A stretch of 63,696 nucleotides of DNA, the filler included, from Chiloscyllium plagiosum (lineage: Eukaryota): the NCBI RefSeq assembly GCF_004010195.1. It is 4 parts of 2 records of this genome, joined end to end, with 100 filler letters (N's around TTAATTAATTAA, not from the genome) between each part and the next. Parts side by side here need not be neighbours in the genome. Positions count along the whole stretch, not along the records: positions 1 to 27,087 come from NC_057714.1; 3 more parts are not named here. One strand, 5' to 3'. Shown one piece after another: positions 1-12,733 of the stretch; position 1 is the stretch's first letter, and each line of letters starts with the position of its first letter. Position numbers and translations under genes: made by a program. The notes beneath the pieces were generated by a model. The model did not search any database and was not told the origin of the DNA. It saw nothing but the letters and a program-made list of their open reading frames with translations.

Positions 1-373
1 AACTGACTACTATGGCTTTCCTCTGGTAGGTCATCCCCCCCGCAGTATCCCAAACGGTATACTTATTGCTGAGGGGAATGTCCACAGGGGATCTCTGCAC
101 TGTCTGTCTGTCCCCTTTCCTTCCCCTAACTGTAACCCATTTATCCTTGTCCTGAGCCTTAGGAGTGACCAACTCCCGGTAACTCCTCTCAATTACCCCC
201 TCAGCCTCCCGAATGATCCGTAGTTCATCCAGCTCCAGCTCCAATTCCCTAACACAGTTTTCAAGGAGCTGGAGTTGGGTGCACTTCCCGCAGATGTAGC
301 CAGCGGAGACCTGTGCCATGTCTTCCACCTGCCACATTCTGCAGGAGGAGCAAGCAACTACTCTAGCATCCAT
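1..373 (-). mobile_element. CR1-clade LINE ORF1 N-terminus (zinc finger/leucine zipper), running off the window edge
   Basis: Manual minus-strand translation from the ATG at 373 gives MDARVVACSSCRMWQ...YICGKCTQLQLLENCVRELELELDELRIIREAEGVIERSYRELVTP. The CxxC...CxxC plus heptad leucines are typical of vertebrate CR1 ORF1. Confidence 0.8.
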
Positions 374-674
374 ACCCGACTTATCTGAACACGCACTCAG
401 TACTAAAGTAGAAAGCTTAGTTCAAGTTGCTATAAAATCAATAACAAACTTATATTCAATAGAGGAAGTTTAGAATGAACCTTACCTTATTAACTAGGTT
501 AGAGGAAGAGGGCGGGTGAGAGACTCTACAACTGTTTAGCCGCCTTGCTGATATATATATGGTCACTGCTTTCCTTCCCGGCTGATTCATCTGGACTCTT
601 GAGTCAATTGATTCATCTGGACTCTAGAGTCTGTAATGGTGACCTTCACCTTCTTAGAATGTCATACCCAACCT

Positions 675-892
675 TCAATGACGGTGACCATGAAACTGTT
701 TAAACCCATCTGGTTCACTTCAGGAAAGGAAATCTGCCATGTTTAGCTGGTCTGGCCTAGATATGACACCAGACCACAGGAATGGGCTGCCCTCTGAAAC
801 AGCCTAACAGGCAACTCAGTTCAGGGGCAGTTAGGGATGGGCAATAAATGATGCCTTGTCAATGACATCCACATACCGTGAAAGAATAATAA
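675..892 (+). mobile_element. SINE body and 3' tail, second SINE family, 5'-truncated
   Basis: Matches the reverse complement of 7600-7945. The tail GGGCAATAAATG...CCACATACCGTGAAAGAATA resembles the LINE 3' end at 19380-19443. Confidence 0.6.
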
Positions 893-1551
893 CTCTTTAC
901 CTCAGTTTGTCTTCTCTCTCCACTAACCCTGACTCCCTATCCTGACCTTGCCCTGTTCAGGCTTTTATAGGTCAGGCTTCAAGTTGCTAACTCTCCTGTT
1001 TATTCTGGCGATACCGTTTCTAACTGTTATAGTGGCTTGCTTCCCTGGGTAACCAGGAGCTTGAAGGTTCAAGTTTTGCTCAAAAGATATGAGCATAAAA
1101 TCAAGGGTCGATGCTGTCAGGTAGTCCTGAGTGAGTGATCTACCATACCTGTAGGTGTGTGTTGTTGCTCATTGGATGCTGGACCATAAAATTGATTGGA
1201 TATTACACAGCTACACAGCATCCAGCACACATCGAGACTGTCTTGATGTCACCAGGTGATGAAAGCTATGGTGTAATGCCTTGGAACCCAGTGAGCTCTG
1301 ACTGGCCTTGTCAGTGTTGGAATGAGCATGAAGTGGCATCCATCACATGTGAACAAAGGCACTTGTGGGCAGTCGACTTTGAGATTCACCAAATATTGCC
1401 AGCTGGAGGATGCAGAGGCAAAGACAGGCAAATGGTCCCTGTGTCCTCCTGACAGTGCGTGGTATATCTCCTGGGCAGGGGGTCAGAGAAGACGTCTGTG
1501 TGAAAGGCAGGTTAAATCTGCTGAAACTATTGAGTGGGGAAACTACAACAT

Positions 1552-3385
1552 TTAGAGTCATAGAGATGTACAGCATTGAAACAAACCCTTCAGTCCAACC
1601 CGTCCATGCTGACCAGATATCCCAACCCAATCTAGTCCCACCGGCCAGCACCCGGCCCATATCCCTCCAAACCCTTCCTATTCATATACCCATCCAAATG
1701 CCTCTTAAATTTTGCAACCAGGCAGCCTCCACCACATCCTCTGGCAGCTCATTCCATACACGTACCACCCTCTGCGTGAAAATGTTGCCCCTTAGGTCCC
1801 TTTTATATCTTTCCCCTCTCACTCTAAACCTATGCTCTCTAGTTCTAGACTCCCACACCCCAGGAAAAGACTTTGTCTATTTATCCTATACATGCCCCTC
1901 ATAATTTTGTAAACCTCTATAAGGTCACCCCTCAGCCTCCGCCCTCCAGGGAAATCAGCCCCAGCCTCTTCAACCTCTCCCTGTAGCTCAAATCCTCCAA
2001 CCCTGGCAACATCCTTGTAAATCTTTTCTGAACCCTTTCAAGTTTCACAACATCTTTCCGATANNNNNNNNNNNNNNNNNNNNNNNNNNNNNNNNNNNNN
2101 NNNNNNNNNNNNNNNNNNNNNNNNNNNNNNNNNNNNNNNNNNNNNNNNNNNNNNNNNNNNNNNNNNNNNNNNNNNNNNNNNNNNNNNNNNNNNNNNNNGT
2201 CATCTGCAAACTTACTAACTGTACCTCTTATGCTCGCATCCAAATCATTTATATAAATGACAAAAAGTAGACGGCCCAGCACCGATCCTTGTGGCACTCC
2301 ACTGGTCACAGGCCTCAAGTCTGAAAAACAACCCTCCACCACCACCCTCTTTCTTCTACCTTTGAGCCAGTTCTGTATCCAAATGGCTAGTTCTCCCTGT
2401 ATTCCATGAAATTTAACCTTGCTAACCAGTCGCCCATGGGGAACCTTGTCGAAGGCCTTATTGAAGTCCATATAGATCACATCTACTACTCTGCCCTCAT
2501 CAATCCTCTTTGTTACTTCTTCAAAAAACTCGATCAAGTTTGTGAGACATGATTTCCCACGCACAAAGCCATGTTGACTATCCCTAATCAGTCCTTGCCT
2601 TTCCAAATACATGTACATCCTGTCCCTCAGGATTCCCTCCAACAACTTGCCCACCACCGAGGTCAGGCTCACCGGTCTATAGTTCCCTGGCTTGTCCTTA
2701 CCGCCCTTCTTAAACAGTGGCACCACATTAGCCAATCTCCAGGCTTCCGGCACCTCACCTGTGACTATCGATGATACAAATATCTCAGCAAGAGGCCCAG
2801 CAATCACTTCTCTAGCTTCCCACAGAGTTCTCGGGTACACCTGATCAGATCCTGGGAATTTATCCACTTTTACCTGTTTCAAGACATCCAGCACTTCCTC
2901 CTCTGTAATCTGGACATTTTGCAAGGTGTCACCATCTATTTCCCTACAGTCTATATCTTCCATATCCTTTTCCACAGTAAATACTGATGCAAAATACTCA
3001 TTTAGTATCTCCTCCATTTTCTGCGGCTCCACACAAAGTCTGCCTTGCTGATCTTTGAGGGGTCCTATTCTCTCCCTAATTACCCTTTTGTCCTAAATGT
3101 ATTTGTAAAAACTCTTTGGATTCTCTTTAATTCTATTTGACAAAGCTATCTCATGTCCCCTTTTTTCCCTCCTGATCTCCCTCATAAGCATATTCCTACT
3201 TTCTTTATATTCTTCTAAGGATTCACTCGATCTATCCTGTCTACACCTGCCATATGCTTCCTTCTTTTTCTTAACCAAACCCTCAATTTCTTTAGTCATC
3301 CAGCATTCCTTACAACTACCAGCCTTTCCTTTCACCCTAACAGCAATATACTTTCTCAAGATTCTCGTTATCTCATTTCTGAAAA
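1552..3385 (-). mobile_element. HER1/CR1 LINE, 5'-truncated ORF2 (reverse transcriptase) plus 3' UTR
   Basis: ORF 1932-3032 contains [39 protein letters not shown] and KFADD. The (TATGACTC)n-type tail is at 1552-1565. Confidence 0.95.
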
Positions 3386-3387
3386 TT

Positions 3388-3550
3388 TAAAAGTCATCTG
3401 GATGGGTATATGAATAGAAGTGTTTAGAGGGATATGGGTCAAGTACTGTCAAATGGGACTAGATTAATTTAGGATATCTGGTCGAGCATGGACGAGTTGG
3501 ACTGAAGGGTCTGTTTCCATGCTGTACATCTCTATGACTCTATGATTCTA
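3388..3550 (+). mobile_element. HER1/CR1 3' end fragment
   Basis: GGATGGGTATATGAATAG...TCTATGACTCTATGATTC is the same 3' UTR as 1552-1720 in the opposite orientation. Confidence 0.85.
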
Positions 3551-3744
3551 CTGCTGCACCTACGCGCAAGCAGGAACCCATTGACTTCTGCCTGAGGGCG
3601 TTCTCCAGGCAATGGAAAAAATCCACTGGGACTCCCTCAAGTCTGGAGTTTATTGGCAGAGGACAACCTTCCTGACGTAACCGAGCCCCAGAGGCTCAGA
3701 GTTCCCTGCCAAGTGACATGTGCGTTTGAGAGAATGATAGACAA

Positions 3745-3882
3745 AGCTTTGACAAAGGGTCAGTTAGACTCGAAACGTCAGCTCTTTTCTCTCCTTCCAG
3801 ATGCTGCCAGACCTGCTGAGATTTTCAAGCATTTTCTCTTTTGGTTTCAGAATCTAGCATCCGCAGTTATTTGCTTTTATTA
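3745..3882 (+). mobile_element. Penelope-like pseudo-LTR fragment with a degenerate hammerhead motif
   Basis: GCT-TTGACAA-AGGGTC-AGTTA-GACTC-GAAACGTC-AGC keeps hammerhead topology with a mutated CUGANGA core. It is followed by the GATGCTGCCAGACCTGCTG...CAGCATC tail shared with other pLTRs here. Confidence 0.6.
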
Positions 3883-4611
3883 TGAAAGACCAAGTTGTTT
3901 GCTGATCCCAGTTGTGAAGATGGTGCCCTCTCACCGTGAACAGGGATGGTGAGTGTTAACGCTCCCACAGAGAGTTCAAGGCTCCGATTACAAACTCAAT
4001 GCCTTTCATTTCACTGGAGTCAGCACGTAACCGGGTGAAGTAACACTTTGGCCTGAGATAGGCTCGGAGTTCCTGAAGGAACAGCAGCATCTGGCAGCAC
4101 AATGAAACATTTATCAGGTCAAACAGCATCCTGACACTGGCCTCCTCCAGCACACACATTGCTGATAAGACATCACAGATTTAGTTTGTAACGGGTGAGC
4201 GGACACACAGCACCCCCCCTCACATTCCTCCTCTTTAGCTGTGTTCAGCAGTTCTCCAGAACTGGATAGCTTAAAGCATTTCGCTGAGTGTGGTATCGAC
4301 AGACCTGAACAAGACTGAAAGCAGAGGGGGTCAGGAGGTTTAGGATGGCAGTGGTTGGAGTCATACCGAGTGCAAAGGTTGTGGTTATTGGAGGTCAGTC
4401 ATCACAGCTCCAGGACATCTCTGCAGGAGTTCCTCAGGCTACTGCCCGAGGCCCAACTATCTTCAGCTGCTTCATCATCAGTTGCCATTGAGCAGGTGGG
4501 GGTGAGCTGCCTTCTTGAACTGCTGCAGTGCCCCTGCTCTGGGTTTACCCACAATGCCCTTAGGGAGGGCCTTCCAGGATTTTGACCCAGTGACAATGAA
4601 GGAGCAGTGAT

Positions 4612-4742
4612 AGAAGCAAATTACTGCAGATGCTGGAATCTGTATTGAAAACAAAAAGTGCTGGTGATCACAGCAGGTCTGGCAGCATCCAGGGAGACAG
4701 AGCAAGCTAATGTTTTGAGTCTAGATGACTCTTCATCAAAGG
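4612..4742 (-). mobile_element. Penelope-like pseudo-LTR fragment with a degenerate hammerhead
   Basis: The reverse complement reads TTGATGA-AGAGTC-ATCTA-GACTC-AAAACATT. GTGATA flanks both sides and may be a TSD. Confidence 0.55.
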
Positions 4743-6282
4743 TGATATATTTTCAAGTCAGGATGGTGAGCGGTTTGGAGGGGAACTTGCAGGGGTGGTG
4801 TCCCCATGTATCTGCTGCCCCTGTCCTTCTCGATGGAAGTGGTTATGTGTTTGGAAGGTGCTGTCTGGGGATCTTTGGTGAATTTCTACAGTGCATTGGA
4901 TAGATAGTACACACTACTGCTACTGAATGTCAGTGATGGAGGGTGGATGCATGTGGATATGGTACCAAAAAAGCGGGCTGCTTTGTCCTGGATGATGTCA
5001 AGCTTCTTGAGTGTTGTTGGAGCTGCCCCCATCCAGGCAAGTGGGAGTATTCCATCACACTCCTGACTTATGCCTTGTAGATGGTGGACAGGCTTTGGGG
5101 AGTCAGGCTGCGAGTTATTTACTGCAATATTCCTAGTGTCTAACCTGCTGTTGTAGCCACTGTGTTTACATGGCGAGTCCTGTTAGGCTTCTGGTCAATC
5201 ATAACCCCCAGGATGTTGAAAGTGGGGTATTCAGTGATAGTAACACCATCTAGTGTGAGGGGACATTATTTAGTTTGTCTCTTACTGGAGATGGTCATTA
5301 CCTACCATTTGTGCTGCAAGTATTACATGCGACATGTCAACCTAATCCTGGATTCTGTCCAGATCTTGTAGCATTTGTACATGGACTGCTTCAGTATCTG
5401 AGGAGTTGTGAATAGTGCTGAATACTGTGCAATCATTGGTGAACATCTCCACTTCTGACCTTAAGATCGAGGGAAGGTAATTGATGAAGCAGCTGAGGCC
5501 TAGGACACTACCCTGAGGAAGTGCTGCAGGGATACCTTGGGGCGCGATGACTGACCTCCAATAACCACAACCATTTACCTGTGTGCCAGGTATGACTCTA
5601 ACCAGTAGAGAGTTTCCCCCCAATACCCACTGATTCCAGTTTTTCCAGGGCTCCTTGATGCCATACTTGGTCAAATGCAGCCTTGATATCAAGGGCTGTA
5701 ATTCTCACCTCCCCTCTGGAATTCAGCTCTTTTGTCCATGTTTGAATCAAGGCTATAATGAGGTCAGGAGCTGAGTGGCCCTGGTGGAACCCAAGCTGGG
5801 CGTCACTGAGCAGGTTGTTGCTGAGCAGGTGTTGCTTGATAGCACTGTTGATGTACCCTTCCATCATTTTACTGATGATTGAGAGTAGACTGATGGGGCG
5901 GTAATTGACCGGGGTGAATTTGTCCTGTTTTTTTGTGTACAGGGCATACCTGAGCAATTATCCACATTGTCAGGGAAATGTTGTAACTGTATTGGAACAG
6001 CTTGGCTAGGGGATTGGCAAGTTCTGGAGCACAAGTCTTCAGTACTGTAGTTGGAATCTTGTCAGGACCCATAGTGTTTGCAGTATCCAGTGTCTCCATC
6101 CATTTCTACATATCACATGGAGTGAATCGAATTGGTGAAGACCGGTATCTGTGATGCTGGGGACCATGGGAGGAGGCTTCTGGCACTTTTGGCTGAAGAT
6201 CCGTCACTGGGAATGGGGATATTTGTGGAGCCTCCTCTTCCAATGAGTTATTTAATTGTCCACCACCATTCACGACTGGGTG

Positions 6283-7230
6283 TAGAACATAGAGCGCAGA
6301 ACATAGAATAGTACAGTACAGAACAGGCCCTTTGACTCTCGATGTTGTGCCGAACTTTTATCCTACTCTAAGATCAAACTAACCTACATACCCTTCATTG
6401 TACTGTCTTCCATGTGCCTATCCAAAAGTTGCTTAAACATCCCTAATGTATCTGACTGTACTATCACTGCTGGCAATGCATTCCATAGAGTCATTCCACA
6501 GACTCACCACTGTGAAAATAACCTTCCTGCAATCACCTTAAAACGATGAGTCCCTGTGATAGCCATTTCCGCCCTGGGAAAAGGTCTCTGGCTACCCACT
6601 CTATCTGCCTCTCGACATCTTGTACACCTCTAACAAGTCACCTCTCATTCTTTTTTGCTCCAATGAGAAAAGACTTAACTCTCTCAACCTTTCTTCATAA
6701 GGCATGCCCGCCAGTCCAGGGAGCATCCTGGTAAATCTCTGCACTCTCTCTAAAGTTTCCTATAATGAAGCAACCAGAACTGAATACAATATTCCAAGTG
6801 TGATCTAACCAGGCTCTATAGAGCTGCAGCATAATCTCATGCCTGTTAAACTCAATTCCCCTGCTAATGAAAGTCAACACACCATACCCCTTCTTAACAA
6901 CCCTTTCAACTTGGATGACAACTTTGAGGCATTTAGACCCCAAGTTCCATCTGCTCCTCCACACTGCCAAAAATCCTGCCTTTAACCCTGTATTCTGCAT
7001 TCAAATTCGACCTTCCAAATGAATCACTTCACACTTTTCTAGGTTGAACTCCACCTGCCACGTCTCAGCCCAGTTTTGCATCCTCTCAATGTCCCATTGC
7101 TAACTACAACAGCCCTCTACACTATTCATCACTGCCCCAACCTTCATGTCATCGGTAAACTTACTAACCCACCCTTCCACTTCCTCATCCAAGTCATTTA
7201 TGGAAATCACAAAGAGCAGAAAACACAAAA
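6283..7230 (-). mobile_element. CR1 LINE 3' part ((TTCTATG)n-tailed subfamily)
   Basis: Remnants such as VERVVKKGYGVLTFISRGIEF...MLQLYR in ORF 6695-7000, and an AGAACATAG repeat tail at about 6283-6310. Confidence 0.8.
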
Positions 7231-7599
7231 GCTCATTCATTCATTTACTCAGAGGATGTGGCAGGGATACAAATCTGATCTGTTGTTTGAGGGATTACTC
7301 ACCTCTTTTTGTCACTTGCTGCTTATGATGTTTGGCACGCAAGTAGGCCTGTTTGGTCGATTCACCACATTGACACCTCATCTTCAGCCTGGTGCTGCTC
7401 CTGGCATGCCCTCCTGCACACTCCATTGAACTAGGGTTGATCCCCTGACTTGATGCTAATAGTTGAGTTGGGGGTATATGCTGGGCCATGAGGTTACAGA
7501 TTGTACTGTTGATGGCCTACCGTGCCTCATGGATGCCCAGGCTTGAGTTATTGAAGTATGTCCCATTTAGCACAGTGATGATGCCACACAACACAAGAT

Positions 7600-7945
7600 T
7601 CTTTGTTCATTCATGGGATGAGTGCATCACTGGTTGGTGAGCATTTATTGCCCATCCATAAATACTCCAAGGGCAGTTAACAGTCAACCACATTGTTGTG
7701 GGTCTGGAGTCACATGGAGGCCAGACCAGTTAAGGATGGCAGTTTCCTTCTCTAAAGGACATTAGTGAACCAGATGTTTTTTTTCTGACAATTGACAATG
7801 GCGCCATGGTCATCATGAGTCTCTGAATTCCAATACTTTCTATTGAATTCAAATTCCACCCTCTGTCAGGGCAGGATTTGAAATCAGGTCCCCAGAACAT
7901 TAGCTGGGTCACTAGATTAACATACAGTGATAATACCACTGGGCC
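7600..7945 (-). mobile_element. tRNA-headed SINE, second family, near full length
   Basis: On the minus strand it starts TGGCCCAGTGGTATTATCACTG (A-box-like), has a B-box-like GATTTCAAATCC, and ends with a tail matching the second LINE family. Confidence 0.65.
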
Positions 7946-8660
7946 AATGGAGGGTATTGTCAATGTGAAGGCAGGACTCTGACTCTACAAGTCATTTCTA
8001 CTAATTCTCTCATGGACAGATACACCTGCAGCTGGCAGATTGGTGAGGATGAGGTTGAGTATGTTTTTTTCCCTGTTGTTGGTTCCCTCACCACCTGCTG
8101 CAGACCCAGTCTAACAGCTGTGACCTTTATGACCCAACCAGCTCGGTCAGTAGTCCTGCTGCCAAGCCACTCTTGGTAGTGGACAGTGAAATCCCCCACC
8201 CAGAGTACACTCTGTGTCCTTACCACCCTCAGTGCTTCCTCCAAGTGTTGTTCAACATGGAAGAGAAACTGATTCATCAGCTGAGGGAGGATGGTACATG
8301 GGAATCAGCAGGAGAGTTCCTTGCCCATGTTTAACCTGAAGACTACATGGGGTCCGGAGTCAATGTTGAGGACTCCCAGGGCAACTGTCTCCTGCCTGTA
8401 TCCCACTGTGTCGCCACCTCTGCTGTCTCTGGTGAGACAGGACATATCCAGGGATGGTGATGGTGGTGTCTGGGATATTATCTGTAAGATTATCATTAGA
8501 CTGTTAATTATAGAATCATATAATCATAGAATGTTACAGTACAGAGGAGGCCATTTGACCCATCATTACTAGACTGGCTCCTGAAAGAGTTACCCAGCTT
8601 GGCCCACTCTCCAGCCCTATCTCTGTAACCCTTTAAATTCAACACTTTCAAATATATATG

Positions 8661-8957
8661 TGGGCGGCACAGTGGTTAGCACTACTGCTTCATAGCGCCA
8701 GAGACCTGGGTTCAGTTCCCACCTCAGGCGACTGACTGTGTGGAGTTTGCACATTCTCCCCGTGTCTGTGTGGGTTTCCTCCGGGTACTCCGGTTTCCTC
8801 CCACCAGTCCAAAAATATGCAGGTTAGGTGAATTGGCCATGCTAAATTGCCCATAGTGTTAGGTGAAGGGGTAAATGTAGGGGAATGAGTCTGAATGGGT
8901 TGCGCTTCGGCGGGTCGGTGTGGACTTGTTGGGCCAGAGGGCCTGTTTCTAATCTAA
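8661..8957 (+). mobile_element. HE1-type tRNA-derived V-SINE
   Basis: A-box CAGTGGTTAGC, B-box GGTTCAGTTCC, V-domain TGTGGAGTTTGCACATTCTCCCCGTGTCTG...GGTTTCCTCCC and a CTAAT tail. Confidence 0.92.
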
Positions 8958-9130
8958 TATATCCAGCTCTCTTTTGAACCTCCTGTGGAATTTGCCTCCA
9001 CCACTCTCCCAAACAGCGAATTACAAATCCTAACAACTCCCTGAGTAAAGAAGTTTCTCCTCATCCCACTCCTAGCTCTCTTGCTGACAATTATGAAATT
9101 GTGACCCCTAGTTATTGACCATACCAACTA

Positions 9131-9325
9131 GTCATAGAATCATAGAGACATACAGCACGGAAACAGACCCTTCGGTCCAAATTGTCCATGCTGAGCAGAT
9201 ATTTTAAACTGATCTAGTCCCATTTGCCAGAACTTGGCCCGTATCCCTCTAAAACCTTCCTGTTCATATACCCAACCAGATGCCTTTGGAATGTTGTAAT
9301 TGTACCAGCCTCCACCACTTCCTCC
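9131..9325 (-). mobile_element. HER1 3' end fragment (~190 bp)
   Basis: Same 3' UTR as 1552-1740. Confidence 0.85.
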
Positions 9326-9519
9326 GAATGAGTAAATGAGCTTTATTGTCACATATGCTCAATGAGTATAGTGAAAAGCTTATACGTTGCCAGTTACAGT
9401 GCCCTTTTCTTGTCCTGTGCCATTAGTTCCAACATGTACAATGACCTCCTGCTGGTCCCTCTCCCCTTTGAGAACATTCTGCACCCTCTCTGAGATATTC
9501 TTGATCCTGGCACCAGGGA

Positions 9520-9718
9520 GAAAGTGAGGACTGCAGATGCTGGAAATCAGAGTCGAGAGTGTGTTGCTGGAAAAGCACAGCAGGTCAGGCAGCATCCGAA
9601 GAGCAGGAGAATTGATGTTTCAGGGATGGTGAAGGGCTCTGGCCTGAAACGTCGATTTCTTGGATGCTCCTCGGATGCTGCCTGACCTGCTGTACTTTTC
9701 CAGCAACACACTCTCAAC
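9520..9718. mobile_element. Inverted pair of Penelope-like pseudo-LTR arms inserted in a CR1 ORF1 (SGNH esterase) relic
   Basis: 9556-9620 is the reverse complement of about 9645-9716. The centre reads GGTGAAGGGCTCTGGCCTGAAACGTCG. The flanks are the imperfect direct repeat CTGGCACCAGGGAG / TTGGCACTAGGGAG. The host encodes PGARIKNISERVQNVLKGE...VIVHVGTN. Confidence 0.75.
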
Positions 9719-10859
9719 CTTGGCACTAGGGAGGCAACATACCATTCTGATGTCTCGTTGTTGGCCTCAGAAACATCTGTCTGTGCCTCTGACTGGAGAA
9801 TCCCCTATCACAAAACTAGTGGAAACAAAATCTCCTTTTTTACTGTCTCAAAATTGGTTATAATTTTGAGTACCTCAATAAAGCCATCTTTTCATTTTCT
9901 CTGCTCCAAGCGGAATAAGCCCAATCTCTCTAATCTTTCCTTGTATCTAAAATCCCTCATTCCTAGCAGCGTTCTAATAGATCTCCTTTAATCTCTCTCC
10001 AGGCTTTTAACATCTTTCCTGAAATAAAGTGCCCTGAACTGAAAATAATACTTGAAATGCAGTCTGACCAATGAGTTGTAGAGGTGTAGCATCACTTCCT
10101 TGCTTTTATACATTATACCGCTATTTATAAACCCAAGGATCCATTAAAGCTTCTTCACAACTGTTTCAACTTGCCTGGCCACCTTCAGATTTCTCACTGA
10201 ACTCCAATTCCACGATCTGCCATGGCAGGATTCAAACCAGGTTCCCAGGATATTTATCCGATCTTTGGATTAATTGTCTAGTCATAATACCACAAGGCCA
10301 TCACGTCTCCTAAAGCTAATAAAAATTATACTTTATCCAAAAATGTTTTACTCATGAATATGCAGAAGTATTTTCCAAGAGATTTCAAATTGGTGTGACA
10401 CAAAGTGCAACAACATTTAACTTTTCTCCACTCTGAGATGCTGCAGTACATTTTGCAAATCGAAGGAGTTAGTAGTTTTGGGGGTTGGGGAGGGAAGACA
10501 GGACGTGGAGTTGAGCCTGAGCTATGATCTTATCGAACAGCAGAGCAGCCTCGAGGGGCCGACTGGCCTACTCTAGTTTCTGATTCTTTTGATCCCGTGT
10601 GTTGTGGAAAAGGGTAGGAGAGAGTACAACCGGGGTGGGAGGGGTCTATGATCACGTTGGTTGCTTTCCCGAGGCAGTAAGAAATCTAGATGGAGTCAAT
10701 GGATGGAAGGCCTGTGTGATGGACTGGCCTGTGTTCACGAATCTCTAGGTTCCTGCGGTTACACTTTCTATAGAACATGCCAAATTGCTCAGACACTGTA
10801 TCCCACAATGTTATTTTCATAAAATTACATCTTAATGTTATCCTAAAATATAATCTTCA

Positions 10860-11672
10860 CAGTTGAGTCAGAAGATTGTGGGGTTCTGTCATGCTCTGTA
10901 CCTTGAGCTCAAAGCCAAGGCTCAAGCTGTAATGCCGTAGTCAGGGCATGCCAAACTGTGGTGATACATTAAACAGTCTTCACAGGGGGAAGTAAAAGAC
11001 CCTCATGGGTCACCACTGGAAGAAGGCTAGTGGAGTTCATCACATTGTTAACCTGCACCAGTTACACAGATTATCTGTTTATCTTTCTTGAGCTTGAGGA
11101 GTTTTTGTGCGAAAATTGGTTGCCACATTTCCTACCACAGTGACTGTCTTTGGAAACCATGATGTGGAGGGGCCGGTGTTGGACTGGGGTGGACAAAGTT
11201 AAAAATCACACAACACCAAGTTACAGTCCAAGAGGCTTATTTGGATGCAGTAGCTTTCGGAGCACTGCACCTTCATCAGGTAGTTGGAAAACCACCCGAT
11301 GAAGGAGCAGCACTCCGAAAGCTAGTGCTTCCAAATAATCCTGGGAGCAGGAAAATCAACATTTTGGGCAAAAGCCCTTCATCAGGAATGAGGCTGGGAG
11401 CCTTGGGGGTGGAGAGATAAATGGGAGTGGGGGGGTGGGGTTGGGGGAAGGGGGGGAATTCTCCTGCTCCTCAGATGCTGCCTGACCTGCACCACACTCT
11501 TAGCACTAATCTACAGCATCTGCAGTACTCATTTTCGCTTTCCAAATAATTATGTTGGACTATAATCTGGTGTTGTGTGATTTTTAACTTTGTCTTTGGA
11601 AAGTAGTTTGTTGGCTGTAAAATCTGTTAGGATGCCCTGAGACCATGAAAGGTGCTATTTAAATGCAAGGCC
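10860..11672 (+). mobile_element. DeuSINE (SacSINE1-like), decayed, interrupted by Penelope-derived elements
   Basis: Head GAGTCAGAAGATTGTGGGGTTC, Deu-domain-like GTAAAAGACCCTCATGG...GAAGAAG...ACAGATTATCTG...AAATTGGTTGCCACATTTCCTAC, and tail TTGGCTGTAAA...CATGAAAGGTGCTATTTAAATGCAAG. Compared against a recalled consensus. Confidence 0.7.
11157..11590. mobile_element. Inverted Penelope pLTR pair (family A) with a nested family-B pLTR
   Basis: TSD TGTCTTTGGAAA at 11145-11156 and 11591-11602. Hammerhead motifs at 11251-11280 (-) and 11296-11327 (+). The inner element is flanked by a TCCAAATAAT duplication. Confidence 0.8.
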
Positions 11673-12733
11673 TTCCTTGATGGACAGATTGCTGACTGTG
11701 TTTGAATTGCAAGGCTATATTTCAACAACAGCCAGTTATATCCTCCGAAATTGTTACACTTTGTGTAACATTTGCCTGCAGTGGCTGTTGATTACATTAA
11801 AGGAATGATTGTTTATGTTATTTGCTAAAATTTGATTGTTACATTGAGGGACATTTTTTGCTGGTTATACAGAGAGATGCTGAGAGATTAGTTTGGATTG
11901 CTACAATGTAGCCATCGTCTCAATAGCACCATAGTACCTTATCATTTTTACAAATAACTAGACAAATACTTGGCTTCCTGACCCTACCCAGTAATGGTAG
12001 AAGGCTGACCCTCTGACTGTGCACCCCCAGATCACGATTACAAACTCAGGAAGTCAGAAGTCTCCTTATCCTTAGATATCACTTGACCGTGATTACATTG
12101 TTAACTACTAATGTAAATGTTGATGGAATATGTGTATTAATCGGTGGTTCCCAACGAACCTAATCAGAAAGCAGAAACCTCCAATGTTATTTCCCATCAT
12201 AGACAAATGGAAAGCTGTCAGGAACGTTCCTGAATTTCCCTGAGGCAGCAGGACTCTCAGTGAGAGTGCAATCACTTCATGATGTCGGATACGGAAAGCA
12301 CTGAGTGCACCAATCAAACGGACAATGCTTGGTACGCGATTGTCTTATGCACATTAAACCACATCACCGTGGGAACCAATTATAAGTTTACATTTAAACA
12401 CAGCAGGGATAGTGCAGTGATTGGCTGAACTGAGATTCTGGCTAGTCAATGAGAGCACAATGGGGAAATGAGAAGACGCAGGCTCCAGGTACTATCTCAG
12501 CTGGTACCCACATTGTACCTGGGCCATCAGAGTTATTAAGCACCACATTTAGAGAATGGAGGTAATCACTCCCACATCCTTCTGCTTAGAGCAGATAACG
12601 GTATGGGGAGATTTAACAGGCATTGTGATACAATCGATCTCTACCTTGGAGTCGGAGCTGTGGCGTCCTTTCTACTGGCTTATTGGCCATGGCAACTTCA
12701 GCATGACTTGGTCAAACAAATTAATTTAGGTTA

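Larger units (their letters stand above)
4485..8490 (-). mobile_element. Second non-LTR retrotransposon family (CR1/L2 group), APE-RT ORF2 relics interrupted by younger inserts
   Basis: Fragment ORFs include NYRPISLLSIISKMMEG...QLGFHQGHSAPDL...ALDIKAAFDQVWH, PQGSVLG and VLWVGDF...LGLQQVVREPT. It is homologous to 16700-19443 and split by inserts at about 4612-4742, 6283-7230 and 7600-7945. Confidence 0.85.

Noticed and set aside
3890..4330. Unique sequence with ORF 3956-4159 as a downstream NAPRT or other exon
   Set aside because: The frames I translated show no NAPRT motifs and no convincing splice-site pair.
8661..8740. tRNA genes at SINE heads (this and the other HE1 copies)
   Set aside because: The A and B boxes continue into the V-domain and a LINE-like tail, so these are SINEs.
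11690..12720. Non-repetitive stretch as exon or conserved element
   Set aside because: I found no recognisable coding motif, and conservation cannot be judged without alignments.
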